From Antedon mediterranea (taxonomy: Eukaryota; Animalia; Echinodermata): a stretch of 64,000 nt of DNA. Positions 38,501 through 53,500 of this stretch are shown one piece after another. The first letter of the stretch is position 1, and every line of letters begins with the position of its first letter. The notes below the pieces were generated by a model, which made no database searches, was not told the origin of the DNA, and worked only from the letters and a program-made list of their open reading frames with translations. A program made the translations under genes and the position numbers. The stretch covers positions 25,330,912-25,394,911 of the forward strand of contig NC_092675.1 of assembly GCF_964355755.1 (NCBI RefSeq), in the 5' to 3' direction.

Positions 38501-41500
38501 ATCCAGAAAAAACACATTCAATAATATACTATGTAGGTTTTATATGTACTTTTATAATTTCTATTTATTTTTAACTTATAGATAATAATATCAAACCCAA
38601 ATCCTACAAATTAAACACCACACCTGTTCAAATTACACATTATTTGTGAATTTCAAAATTTGAAAACAAAATTACAATATGGTAGTGATATCAAAAGCAA
38701 TAAATTTCATTCCACAGTGGACAGCGGCGGTTAATTTCCTTATCACATGTCATCATCATTAATAACATTTTCAGCTAATTTTTATCCATTTGACGACAGA
38801 TGCACAGTTGTATGTTATTAGTCTGTTAATGACAATTGCAATTTGGTACTTAAAAACATTAGTTTAGCTTATAGAGATCACTATAAAACACATGACTACA
38901 GATTAGCCTATATAGCCTAGGATATACAGCTTTACAAAGCCACATTATAAAAATACATTTAACTAAAAGCTCCCTTGTGTACTAAAACAAAACATACATA
39001 CGTTTTTTTTTATTCCATCAAAACCAACAGCGAAGATTACCGCCACTAACAGGTTTGATACAAACAAAGTCATGACTGTTTAAGCACCTTGCTTGGTCCT
39101 AACATTGATTAAGGGCTTCCCTCATCCAGTGTCCACCTTGACCAGAGGAAAGGCAGATACTAGATGCAGGGGCTGCCATAAGAGTCAGCAATGCTGATTT
39201 CAAATGCCTAATGGGACCCCAGCTCCATATACAGCACCCAATATTCCCGGATGGTCTCCCATTCAAGCTCTAACCAGGCCCAACATGTTCACAACGGTAT
39301 TATCATTACATTTTCATACTGGATAAGCTTTAACCAGGGGGATGTCTTCCTGCTTTAACAGATGATATTTTAATGCATAATTTTTTTTTTGTAAAACAAA
39401 CTATTAACATACCTGTATACTGTGTTTTAATATAATTGTATGTATCAAATGCTTTATTGAAAATTCATAAATACTATATACTGAATAATTATTTTATATT
39501 TTACATTTTTGTCCATATTTCAATTACATATTACCTTGAAAATATTTATGAACAAAATATTGTGCATATGCAGTATTTCATTTCTACTGACAAATTTAGT
39601 ATCTGTATCATGATTACCTTGAGCAAGTCATATTTTGAAGAATAATTACAAAATATAAATGATGATATACAATCTTACCATTCTCTTGTTTATCTTGAAT
39701 ACTAGTTGACGATATTGTTATCCTGTCCTGAATGTTGTTCCATTGTTGAGCCAATACTGTGGTGTTGGGAAATTCTGGTGCATTAGGAAACTCTAGGTCA
39801 TATGTTGCCTTCTTCATCTCATGAACAACAATTTCCATCACTGTTTGAAAAAGAAAATTAAAAAATAACTCTGTTTCGCATCCATAATGTTCACAAGTTT
39901 CGAATTGTGCACACTATATAACTATTATTTTCAAAATTGTTATATTTTTTTTTCAGAAATAAATGTTAAAAAACATCATTGAAAATATACTACACTGTGT
40001 TTTTTTTTTAGTATCAATATATTTTTAGTTTCCTTTTAACTTTGCATTCAACAAAAAACTATAATGAATATGATTTAAATTAACTTAAATATTACTTTTA
40101 GCCACTTACAGACATTTTCGGCTCCACCATAAAAACTCCTTTCTTCTTTAAATGTATCGGCCATTAAAAATGCACTCTGTTCAATGGATGCCAAAAGGTT
40201 GGTGGCAGTGTCCGACTTTTCCTGAGTGGGAAGGTCCTGCCACGAAGACTTTCTTTTGTTTGCAAGCATATTACTTCCAGTTGAAATAAAATTCTGAAAA
40301 AAAAATGAGTTGATATATGATTATTATTATCCAACTGCTTATTGGTAAAATAAAAGAAGAATAGTTCCTCTTCCTTAATTAATAATATCCGAAAAAAAAC
40401 TGATGACAGAAGTTTGAATCTAGTTTTTCATTATACAGCTACCAATAAAAATGTTCAACATGGTAAGCTTAAAAGCTGCTGTGATTTTCTCAGATGTCTT
40501 TTTATTTTCTTGTCAAGTTTCCCTTATCAGAAATCAAATTAACTGAAAAAACATTACTATCAAATTCAATTACCAATAAATAACTTTCACAGTTTTGAGC
40601 TTGTATCATTTGAGAATGTGTCTTCACATAAAGTTTATGCAACATGATGACAACTTTAATTGCCCCAAAACATTTCTACTTAATTTGATAACACCAATTA
40701 AATTTACCAGAATCATGACTTTCAAACAACATAACACAAATTACTATACATTTCTGTGCATCACATATCATCATTATTATTGGCTAGCAGCAGAGATTCA
40801 TGTCATCTAATATCAACTATCTGCCAACTATTTTACAAAACAGAAGAATAGTGTTCTAAGAAATTAAATTTAGAAAGTTCACTGGCCGATTGTTGCTTCA
40901 TCTAAAAAACGACAGTGTTTATAAGGTTAGATTGAAAAGGTGATAACTCTTTGATCCTTCATATGGAATTAATGATGTGAACATATAATTGATGTAAGAA
41001 TAAATGTTATGACGAAAAAGAACAAATTGAAACAAAGATTTTGACATGAATTTTTCTACACTTTATCCACCTGTTGTAAATGGAAGGAAGGGGACGGTAG
41101 CCTAAGATTAAAATCTTCACTAACAATTAAAAATCAAAGGTATAGATTTACTGTACATATGCATAGGCTAACTTGGTTCGCATGCTAGTCTTGAAAGGAA
41201 GGGGGAATAAAGGCCAACGAAATCAGGTCAGAAGATCATCGAGAAAATATAAGAGGATAAGAATGACATCATCATTGTTGTAAACAAGTACAGCATCTTT
41301 ATAGAATAATAGAGAAATATAGATATTTTTCAAACATGGCTACTAAGTAGAACTCTTTTTTTTTTAAATGGTATCATCAAATAAATTTAATTTCATTATT
41401 GAACATTGACATTTAGGTTACAACTTCAAAAAGCTGTTTACTTTTGTAGAAGTTATCAGGGCTTGTCTTTTTAAAATTGTAGGTGTGCTACAAATTGCAC

Positions 41501-44500
41501 TCCTCAATACATTCAGGGGTGCTGTAGGTGTGCTGTTTGTATTTTGGTGTGTAGAAGTTTACCAATTTTAAGTGTGCTGTAAATCTATACTCTTCAAGAG
41601 TAGTTTAGGAGTGTGTTAGGTGAGTGATCGCACTCCCTCACCTCAAAAGAAAAGTCCTGGGTTATACAAACTATTCGAAGCCTCACCTCAGTAATTTGGG
41701 TGGTATATGCAGATTTTTCCTCAACAGTGTACTCTTCGATCTCAATCTTAGTTTTTTCTAAAGATGTTGACAAGATGTTTACAACTTCAAGAACGTCGCC
41801 ACCATATAGTTCACCTTCCTGATTGGTGGCTTCAGCTAATGCTGCAGTGACATCATTAGAGTTTTGGCCCATTTCAATCTATAAAAATAGTCAACAAATA
41901 TTTGCACATTAATATACTTGAGTCAAGAGGCTAAGATAAAGATCAACGCCACAATCCAAAGCCATATCATTTCCACAGGCTCTCCTCCATTGTTCTGGTG
42001 GTAGAAAACGTCTTAAAAAGTGAAGGTTCAGCGTGATTCCACTTATTATAATTTATGTATAATATATTCATAAATCAGTGTATAAAATGTACTATAACAG
42101 TGTAGTAATTAAGAATATGGGATTTTCTAATTGATTCAAAAGTTCTATTTAAAAATCTCCATAAAAATGCTCAGGTTAGACTCGGGTATGATCTTACCAT
42201 CTTTGTTATGTTATTAACCCATGGTGATACACAATTACTCAAATCCGGTCCTGATGGAGGGAACCATTGAGCTGGGCGGCCAACACATGCCCACTTAGCC
42301 AAACCTTTTATAAAAGAAAACAAAAAACCTTTCATAAACATAAATAGGATTTTAATCACACAGACAGTCAAAATGTTATATTAGCAATGGCGCAATAAAA
42401 GTTGATTGACTGCAGTCAAGGTTCAAATATATAAAATGTAATGTACCATATCATTAAAGATCCACAAACAAATCAAATAGAAGGATATTTTGATCAACAT
42501 TTATATGAAAACATATGGTATAAACATATATGTCAAAATATTCAGGATTCCAAGTTGATTTGGCAGGAACAAGCTAAACTCAAAAGTATCATCCACAGGT
42601 TTAAGCCAAAATTCTGGAGCACGTTTTTTGTTTGGTCGATGATCTTATGTCGGCGAAACCAGTAAAATTACTTTGGTGGGTTATTGAACAGTGTGAGCAT
42701 GGAGGTATAGCAGTTATTAATTGTATACATTCATTGTGTGGGCTTTTACTTGCAAACCATAGTACATTATATACATATATCTATAGGTTGTATAATAGAT
42801 CTTACCTGTTGTACCTTCAGGACAAGGTGCATCTACGATCTCTCCTGATCTCGTTGCTTCCCAGGTGACACCTCGCTGAACCTCCTCAGGGCATTGGTAA
42901 ACTTCAATGGATGGCTCTGTCACTTTGTTAGTTACAACTGTGAGGCAAAAACAAATAATAATTCTTTTTGGAATATTAAAATCATTTTTGACAGATGAAG
43001 GATAAAAATACAATTTTTATGATATCCCTGGAATTATGTTTATCATTTATCATCCGTTAATAGGAATAAATTGAATATTTATTAGGAATTTCATTTTTAC
43101 ACTAATAACAAATTTGTTAATATAAATAAATATTTATATTTTAAAATAAATTGTGTAAGTTGAAAGTTAAAATCTACTATTGATTACTAAAGTTAAGCAA
43201 TGCAAAATTCACTAAGGAAATATGGTACAATATTACTAATATTTTTATAATCATCTCTATCATTGCTAATTAATAATATTAACCATTATAAAAACTAAAT
43301 ATAACTTATTAGAACTACTGCATATACAGTATATATGTAATATTAGATTACTTATATTAAATAATACTATAATACAAGAACAGTTACCACCCAGTTTACC
43401 TCGTTTTGGAGTAGTTGGTGTTTTAGTGGTCACCTTTGCAGATGTTCGAAGATCTACAGTAATTTGGTTATCATCATCATCACCATCTTCATAGAGAACG
43501 GTTGTTTCACTTAGTGGTGAAACTGTTGTCTTAGTCATGATGGGACCAGGTTCATAGAACGCTGTAGTGGTCGACACAGGGGTGGCCCTGACAGGTTCAA
43601 CTGTAGTGGCTATATGAATGCAATTAATTTTACAGATTTATCCAAATTTAATATTATATCATATATAAATTAGCTTAATATGTTACCAAATTATTATTTA
43701 GTTCTACATCAAATATTGATGTTTTTGTGATACCAAATTTATGTATTTCTTGATAAATTGAAATATAATTTGATAAATAAAATACGTTTACCAGAAATTT
43801 GCTATTGCACTTTTTGAGATCAGCTAAATTAGGATTAGATTAAGTATTAGAATGGCTTTAAGTAAAACCAAAGATTTTTTAAAAAGATTTTGAACCAGAA
43901 AAACAACAAAATAAAAAATGTTTTAAATATATTTGGAACATTATTCTATTAATGTTTACTTCTAAATATATTTCTATTTTAGTGACCAATAAATTGTTAG
44001 GCCTACTTCTATGAATAAAATAATGAAAAAAGAAAACGCAAACATTATCCGCGGGATCTAGCATTACGACATGCGGTATCAAATTTAAAACATTCTTCCC
44101 TTTAGAATTAGTCAATTTCTTGGTTACATAAGAATTAAATATGTTAATTCGAAAAAATTAAGTCTTGATGTCTCCCTAAAAATGCAATTGTTATCAGGTT
44201 ATTTGTCAATCAAACCAATTAAAATGGGGGGAAAGAGATGATTATGTTTAATTATACAAGGTGCATGCTCTAATTTCCAACTAAAAGGCAAGTATAAATA
44301 GAAAATTCTCATAGTATAAATTTAGTCTTTTTAATTAGTGTTATATAACTAACTCAGTGCATGTGACGGAATGTTGACGTTTCACGTGTAGCAGTTTAAA
44401 AACTTCATGTTTGTCCTCCTTCTATGTTAACATACAAACATAATTTTACTTTCAAATTTTTAATACAAAATATGTAATAAAAGTTTAATTATGATATTTA

Positions 44501-47500
44501 GAATTTATTTTGCAGGCTTTTGATATTTTTGTTTTACAAACAAGGGTTAAATACACAATTGTAGCAATTTCATTACAGCAAAAAAAATGATTTGGTAAAT
44601 ATTTGAAGTTTCCATTGCATTTTTCTGTAAATATATTATACATACAAGTACAAATACTTTAAATTTACAATTTATAAATCAATAGTATTAAAATATATGT
44701 AGCTCAAAACTTTTCAATTTAACATAAAAAATAAAAAAATGTAAAAAGCATAGAGAGGATAGCGTTTGATGTTTGCAAATGAATTATGGGAAATATGAGA
44801 GACTGGACACTGACATACTTACTCAATCGTACTCGTGGTACACAGACAAATTGAACTTCCAAATATTTGCTGATCTTAGGGCATGGGTCACCTCGGAATT
44901 CTGACACACTTGCCTCAATCGAGCAAGAATTACGATCGTCACATCTGAATTAGGATCCAAAGCAACATGCAGAGTCGTTATTAGCAGTTAGTGAGGGGCG
45001 TGTTCAAAACATGCTTATAATACGTGCGGTGGATTAAATTAAAATTTTGATGTAAAACACATTACTAAAAACATAAAATGATGTGTTTCTTTTATACCTA
45101 AAAATATCTAAAAATTGAATATTTGATATTTATTGATGTATAGTATTATATCAAAAATTTTTTACTTTACAATAAATCATTACTTTTTATTTACTTAATA
45201 TTTTTTTTATAAATCAACTTTTAAATAACCAGTAAAAACCAATACTGAATCTTAAAAAAAAAACACTACAAATGATTATAAAAGTCAAGAACATTAAAAA
45301 GGGACCTTAGTAATTAAAAAAGATTACTAATAATAATAATTAATATCTGATAATCTTCTCAATTTTTTTTAGCATATTTTAAATGTAATAACAGCACAAT
45401 GTAATTAATTTAAAAAGTGATGCCCATTAAATTAGTTGACCAAAGTGAAAAACCTAGATCCAGAATCAAAATGTTAAATATTCATCATATATAATAAGTT
45501 ATCTGTAAAATAATCTAGGGATAAAACAAAATTACTTATTTTATCTGATTATAAACTGTTATAAATGCTTAAACAAAGTTACCTAGCAAAGATTAAAAAT
45601 AAGTAACAGTAGGCCTAATGAAATAATCATAACACAGATATAAATCGGGAGCCATCTTCGATTTCACTCAACTTTTAAATTAGGCCTTGACGATGTCAAG
45701 CACAAGGGACACTGGATCTGGTAAAGATGACGGCGGAACAAACAAATCATCTTTAAAAATTGCCGACAACCTTTTGAATATTTCATACGATCTCCAATTA
45801 AAATTAAAGTACTTTGACAATATTGGGTACTTTACCCTGGATTTTGTTCTTCATTACCTCTATGGAAATGATTTGTTTCCTAATCAAGTAAAACTTAATG
45901 ACAGTAAAGGACATTTTACTTCCACATGTACGCCCCAAATAAATGTTTGCTCTATCCACTCCTGTATCAATATTGTAAAATGTTACTTAGAAGTATTGTT
46001 CTGCATAAGTTTGATTAATAATTGAAATTGTATGATATGATTATTATACTAATATAATCATAGAAGACATTTTAACTGGACCAACAATATTTTTCAGGTG
46101 AATTTATGCTACTTATATATACAGTATATACATACAAAAAATGCAGTACAAAAAAACTACATCCAAAATGATACGAAACTGATGTTCAAGGAAGGAATAC
46201 CGTAATACATCCTAAATGGAAGGAATAATTTACAGGATTCAGTTGCCAGTATACAAACATGTGATGGATTAACACTATTGAATTGGGATCAAAACAATTC
46301 CGAATACCCACCTGCAAAATGTGCAAATAGTTTATCCTTTCCTGAATTGATCGGAAGAAGTATAACTTTAGCATACAGTGTCAATTTATCATCTATTGTT
46401 TAAAGTTCTATTTGGAATAGTTTAACTCAAATCATACCAATTTTCCAGTTTTAATCTCACAGGTGCCAAATCTCAAATGAATATAAAATCCCAAGGCTAG
46501 CACCTTGTCTCACAACTACATAAACATACTGTACTTTCACAAAGGCCCCGTTTCTGCTGCCCAAAATATACCGTATATATACGGTATATTTTATATACGG
46601 TATATTTTTTGGCAGCAGAAATGGGTCTCATAAAAAATATACCGTATATATATGCGGTATATATACCGCATAAATATCCCCATCGTATATATACCGTATA
46701 TTTCGTAACCCGTTTCTGCTGCACTCAAAATATACCGTATATGTGACCCGGCCCATGACACGAGGTCAAAAACTAACAGAGCGTGATGCGTTTGTTTGGT
46801 TTTTCTGCTGCATTGACACACACGTGTATAATAAGCAAGCAACAGATCAAAATATCACTGTGGACTGAAGAAATAACTATTTTTGCAATTCAATTGTGGG
46901 GAGAAGCGAAGGTTGGGGTGGGGGGGAGACTGCATGGCAACAGAAGAGATACCGAGATTTACAAAAGTATCTCAAACAAAATAAAAGCAGAATTTGTGGT
47001 AGACTTAATAACGCCACAGTTATCGGCAAATGCCGTCGTCTTCTTTGCATAAATCTAGTCAATGCCCATTCTACATTTCTAGATTGTTTGTGTGATGTAA
47101 ATTTGTTGCCACTTCTGCTCATTAGATTTCAAATAGAAAGCAATGCTACGACGTTTTGAGAAACCATCATTGTTTTGTTTTTGTCATGTAACCTCACTAC
47201 ACTAGACTCTAGGTCAATCCATACTTCCGTCTCACAAAATGCATTTTGGGTAATGAAAGCCAACTTTTTTACAGCCCACCCACGAAGTATGTGCAGCGGA
47301 AACGGTGCACGAATTTCATATACGGTATATTTATACGGTATATTTATACGGTATATTTGGGATTGGCAGCAGAAACAGGGCCAAAGTGATAGCCTTATTG
47401 CTCGGTCAAATCATTTTTTTGCTACCTAACATTTTCTAATGTTGGCTTTGGTTTGAAGAAACTATAATTGAACATTTAAAAAATATATAAAAAGAAAAAA

Positions 47501-50500
47501 AATCCAACGTTCTGTTTGGGCAATAAGTCCAAGAACTAAATATGGAGCAAGAAATGTATAATAAATTGAAAATTAACCAGTAAGTATGTCTTATAATTAA
47601 TAGTCTTGGGTGTAAAAAATGTTTCCCATAGGAGGATGATTTCCTGTCTGTACCATGTCATGTTGGGTATAACCATTGGGAATGCTATTCATAGGATATG
47701 TGATCTAAAAACCTTGTTAAAAGTAGGTAAGTTTGTATGAGTATAATTGTGCTGGCCAAAGGTGTGGCCTAGGCCGGAGGTGTGGCCTGGGCCCTGTTTA
47801 TCTGAACAGCTGTCTGATTACATTAAAGACTATAATAAATCTAGTAGTGGTGACACGGGTTGTAACAACTAAAGGGTTGCCATGTGATAGGCACTAATCA
47901 AGAGGTGAGTCATTTTTTCACAAAATCTTTTCTTGATGGCCCCCATGCCAGACAGATATTCCTATAATGTATCTGAAATCACTGAAAAAAAATTTATGAA
48001 ATTTGTAGCCAACAGTGTAAACCAGTAGGTTTGTCAGGACAACTAAGAGAGATAATTTTGGTTGCTTTCATTCATATATAAAAAAGTACTGTAGAGATCT
48101 TTATACCATAATTAAATATAACAGCCACCTACACAAATCAGTCTTAATTAATTATTGCATACCAGAGGTCGACTTCTCAATCTGAAGCTTACAAGGGACG
48201 GTAGGGCTTAAGACAAAGCCTATCTGAAATATACATTGAGAGGAACAAAGACCTTAAATGCCTTTATGGAGAATTCTGCGAAACAGCATAAGTTAGCTGC
48301 TAATTAAATGATGTTGAAAATTAAACAATTCTAAGTATTGTGCGTCCCATTGGCAAATAAAAGCATCATTACAGTACCCATTAACTTGATGTATGATGCA
48401 AAACAATGGAAGATATTTGCATAATTTAGAAAAAAGGCTCCTATGAAAATGAAGCCAATTTTAATGAATTACTTAATGTTGAATAACTACTGTAGTTAAC
48501 ATATATGAAATTAGGGCTACTTGTTTTACTGTAACTAATATGATTTATATCTAATACTTTTTCCCCTTTCTGGGAGTATATTGTAAAAACAACTACCAAA
48601 TTAATAGAAAAGGCTATTTTACTGTATTTTATGTACACAATTATAAAGTCTATGCTGCAGTACTAATTCATGATTGATTTAATTTCAAGGGACTCATAAG
48701 TTATACTAGACTAGAAAATAATGATACATGATATATCTAGGTGCGTACTTCCAGCAAGGTGTGACAAGAAATGATTTTGACAGCAAACATTCTACAATAA
48801 CAACACCTAAACTGCCAGATTGTATTCCAAAATTACTAATGCCCATATAAACTTTCACAGTATATTCAATGTTTATTATAATTTGTTTCATAAAATTGAA
48901 AACATAAAACTACTAATGTAATATACTCATTAAATTGTATGTATAGCATCTTTTTAAACAACATTTACATTCCATTTTGGATTGGATCCGATCCCTATTA
49001 TTATGCAATCATCTTTTTCTAATTGTAATTAAACACACGAATGATACTTTTTTTGAAAGAAATTAACAAAAATCAAAACAGCAAATGTCACATATACAGC
49101 AAAAATCATTTTTGTATGGATTGCTAAAAATAAATCTACAAATATAATGTTACAGCCAAATGAGTTGAAAGGGATCTACCAGGGAATGTTAGTTAAAACT
49201 AAAACAATTAGGTTTTGTTTGAGTGCAGTCCTGAATTCATGCTTGTTTTGCCATAATTCTGGTTGCATTCAACGGACTGTTGCGCCCTCATGCGGAGAAT
49301 TGGGGGAATTACCAACTTACCATCTCTTTGGACACATCTCATGGTCACCTCTAGGTACTTTATCGTACCGGGGCAAGGATCCCCGCCAAATAAACTTGAA
49401 TTGGCAGGGATTGAACAATAAGTTTTATTGTCACACCTAATACAGTCATAGAAAAAAATAGTTTTACATACAATTGCTATCTTTATGGAATATTTAAAAC
49501 AAGAAAATATGTCAACAATGACCTAAAATGATTTAACAAAGAAAATCAGAACACCTCCAAATAACAAAATAATAAATAAAATTAAGATTAAATTAATCTA
49601 TTAATGGAGAAAAAAACTATTATAACAGTACAAACTTCTTAAAATAAAATTTGTTGAGCAATAACATGAAAGATACCAGCATATGAAACAATGATATGGT
49701 ACACATTGGCACAATGTCAATATTGGCATATTAAAATATAATGTTTGCTTAATAAAATGCTACATTATGGTTTATCTGCATATAATTTAAAGTTAACCTA
49801 ATTTGATTCAACTAGCTTGTAGTTATATTGTACACTATTACTAAGATACCGCCTAAAGAAATGTCTAATAATTTAACTATATTATATTCCTTATGGGATG
49901 AAAGAGGAAGAGATAGATATTAAACAACAATCTTACCGTTGAGATACAACGTCATAGGAGTAAGGCATCCAGAAACATTTATCATTTGTTTCGGGAATTC
50001 CTGAATATATACACGTTTTCAGATCCGTGCGGCCGTAGTTTGCTTGTTCAACAATGAGTACATATCCTACCGGACAACGTAGGTCCATGGTACTTCCATC
50101 ACACACACTTGAGAAATATACAAGTCCTCTATCGCTAGGATCACGTTTGATACGTTGTTGGGGTACACCATGACTAGAACTTAATGGAACAGCTGGAAAA
50201 TTAAAAACGGAATAAACATTTTAAAAATGATTTCATTGACAGAGAGGTTTGAGTTTTGCCATTTGTTTTACTGGTGAATTGGTCACTATGTAACATGCTT
50301 TACTGCAGTACTAGCCTAGTGTACATTTTTCTACCAAAAGTGCTACAGGCTAGCATATACAGTCATCCTTTTAGTATAATTTAAGCCTAACATTTCCAGA
50401 ATCATAGTGTGTAGATCTTAACAAGTGTTTGAGTTTGTTGTTCCATGATCTGAGCTAGTATATCTAAAAGTAAATATCAAATTAGCTTTAAAAAAAAAGG

Positions 50501-53500
50501 TATAGTTTAGAAATAATATTGTTGTTGATAGGATACAGTTTACATGGTGAGTTTATAGTTTCAATCAAACATTATTATTAATAATATTAATGTTTGACAT
50601 TTACTGTACTTCATATCAAACAAGATAGTTTGCATTATTAAATTATAGTCTTGGTCATTAAACCTGTAAAAACACTAATACTGTACCATACAAACTCATC
50701 ATCCCCATACTAGTAGGAAATGCCATCAAAAGTATTTTAATATTCAGTAATTTAATTAATTATACAACAGATAATCTCATATTCCATTTGATATTCAAGT
50801 ACTGTATTGCATGACAAGTCTCTTGTGATATGCAGTTTATTGACTTTTACATTTATTGACTTTTTATTGTACAACTGCAACAGTTACTTACAGTAGGTCT
50901 AAACCTTGGGTGCCTAAAAAGAAAAGGATGTTTGTACAGTACAACAGAATTTAAAGCATGGATGCATTTTCCAACGACTCATTTATAACTACCCCAGCAC
51001 CCTATGAATAAGAGTAGGTATGATGTTTATTTATTTTCAATATAATAATAATAATACAGATAATATTGCTTATTTTTAAAGTACAGTCAAAGAACATTTG
51101 GCTTAAGGGACACTTTTCCTTGAAAGTGGAAATATGTTTGATCGTTGACAACTGTACAAACTATACTATTGTTGATATTTTTGGATACTGGTACTTTTTT
51201 TGTGAACCACGGAGCATCAATAATTCTTTTTATATTAGAATCTTTCTTGAAATGTACGATATTGCTGTGCATTTATCTTTAAATTACAAGAATTTAGAAT
51301 TTCTGTAAGTGCTTTAAATAAACAATCATTATCAAGTATTGACTGCTGTAAATTAAATGCATGATAAATGAAGAAATGAATTACACGCTACAATTTGATC
51401 AATAACTTTAACTGCATTTGAGATTTATTTCTTCTTTATTATATTAACGGCTTTGTTACAGCTTTAATGTTAGAGTTGAATACAATTTAAAACATCAAGA
51501 CAGTAGGCCTACCAAAAGCATGATACAGTATATAGTAGGAAACCCTCCAATATGGGGACAATTTTCAAACAAGGGGAAAAATATATACGTTTTAACAAAT
51601 GACCAAACCCTGTATTTAAGGGGACACTTTCTTAAAGGTGTCTTCGTAATAATAAAACTGTACTGTCAGTAGTAGTAGTATTCAGTTTTAACCTGTATAT
51701 TAAAAATATTTTAAAATACGATATTCAAAAAATCTAATGTTGCTATTCTTATCTTATTCTTGGACTTTCTACAATTTTCATAGCACTGTATGCTAGTTAA
51801 TACTAAAATAATAATAATGCACAAAATAAACTTTCAATGAATTTAATCGAAAGAGTGTGATGTTGCTCCTACATGTGCACTGTTGATTTAGTAATGCAGA
51901 ATGCATTTGACCTTAATTAGAATCCCACTGGATTCGACAAGTTTTTAACTGACTGATTTCAGCATGAGATATTTGAATGCGGTCAGATCGCTGCAGGTAA
52001 CCACCGCCCTCGTAACACTACTTGGTAGTCATCGCATTGGTCGTTGTTGTTGGAGATTGAAATGAAACCCTACCAAGGTGTGGCATTAAAAAAGCTTTAT
52101 GGTGTGTGATATAGGACAAATCGCCTTCTTTATTATAAGCCTCCTTCCATCTATTATCTCTTCCTGGTATACAGTAGATCTCTTCTTATATTACAGTAAA
52201 TTGACATTCTGAATTTCATTTTTGTATAATTTACTGAGTTTTGTATTTTACTTTATCATCTATAGTATTACCTGTACTTTATTGTTTGGTTTTAAAATTC
52301 CTTCTTGTATGCAATATAAGGAAAGTTTAGCAACATTAATAACTTTAAATCAAACATTTCATAGGAAAATTTCTTGTAGGTTGATTAAACCAATGTTCAT
52401 CCTAATTCTATAAGTCAAAGATACTTACAAAGCCTTTAAATCAAAGTAATTTTAATTAAGTTGAACAGTACATTTTTTACACTCAAGATTCACTTTGAGC
52501 CAGTTGACAAACGTTTAATCGTTGCATTGGTATGTATGCTTTCTATACTATATACACCGTTCTGTTAATTATACAGACTGTATTTGGACAAATTAAACGT
52601 TGTCTAACGTCCCGAAACAAAAGCTCGCAATTAGCTATGCTAAGTAAAGTATATTATAGTAAGATTCTGGGGATTGTTGAAAAGTGAAAATAGTTTGGCT
52701 TGAAATTTTAAACTTGGTGGATGAAATTAAGACTGGGGATAATTGAGCAAGCATTACCAACTGAATCTCCGACTAACTGTACTTGATTCAATCGCTTAAT
52801 AACAAACATTTCTACAGTACTCAGTCATAATGAATCAATCATAGAATCCACGTGGTATGATAAACAGTTATGCTTTATTGATTGTAATTCTTTGAAATAA
52901 TAATTTATGTTGTTAGTCAGTGTAATAAATGGATTAGTTATGGATGAATCATGTAATGGGGTATCTGTATATTTTTTACATCTCCCGGAACATGAAGGAG
53001 GTAGAATATAGAATGATTTGAAAAAGATGACAAGCAATGATGAAAAATGATAAAAAGAAGTGAAAGAATAAATTTGAAAAACAATGACAAGGGAAAACAA
53101 AAACAAGGACAAATAAAAAATGAGGAAAACAAAAATGAGGAAAACTAAAAACGAGTAAAAACAAAAACAGAGAAACACAATGATAAGGAAAACAAAGTCA
53201 AGGAAAAATTATGTTAATTTGGAAAATTGTTAATTAGGTGATAAAGTAAATGACAATATTTCTCATAATTTCAGTATATTATAAAATTAGCTCAATTAAC
53301 AAATGTTAAAATGATTTAAATGTTTTGTGAATAGCTAAGGTACACAGTACTTTACTGTTAATTAATTTAGGCTACAATATCTTATAATGTACAGTATAGT
53401 ATGCTAGTAAGACACATGGCAATGCAATCAGATGTTTTTGTTATTGTCTACTACACATACCATGTGATTTCATCATGTAATCATGTAATATCAAGTACTC

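Noticed and set aside
39230-39284. 5S rRNA gene
   Set aside because: Only a diverged 3' half is present, followed by an unrelated body; treated as a SINE.
45650-46380. 112-aa + strand ORF and coding-looking minus-strand pieces (possibly a decayed L1/Tx1 ORF2 end)
   Set aside because: Stops and frameshifts are present and there is no diagnostic motif I can confirm without a search.
52825-53178. Three overlapping hydrophobic ORFs
   Set aside because: They are translations of a low-complexity T-rich strand.
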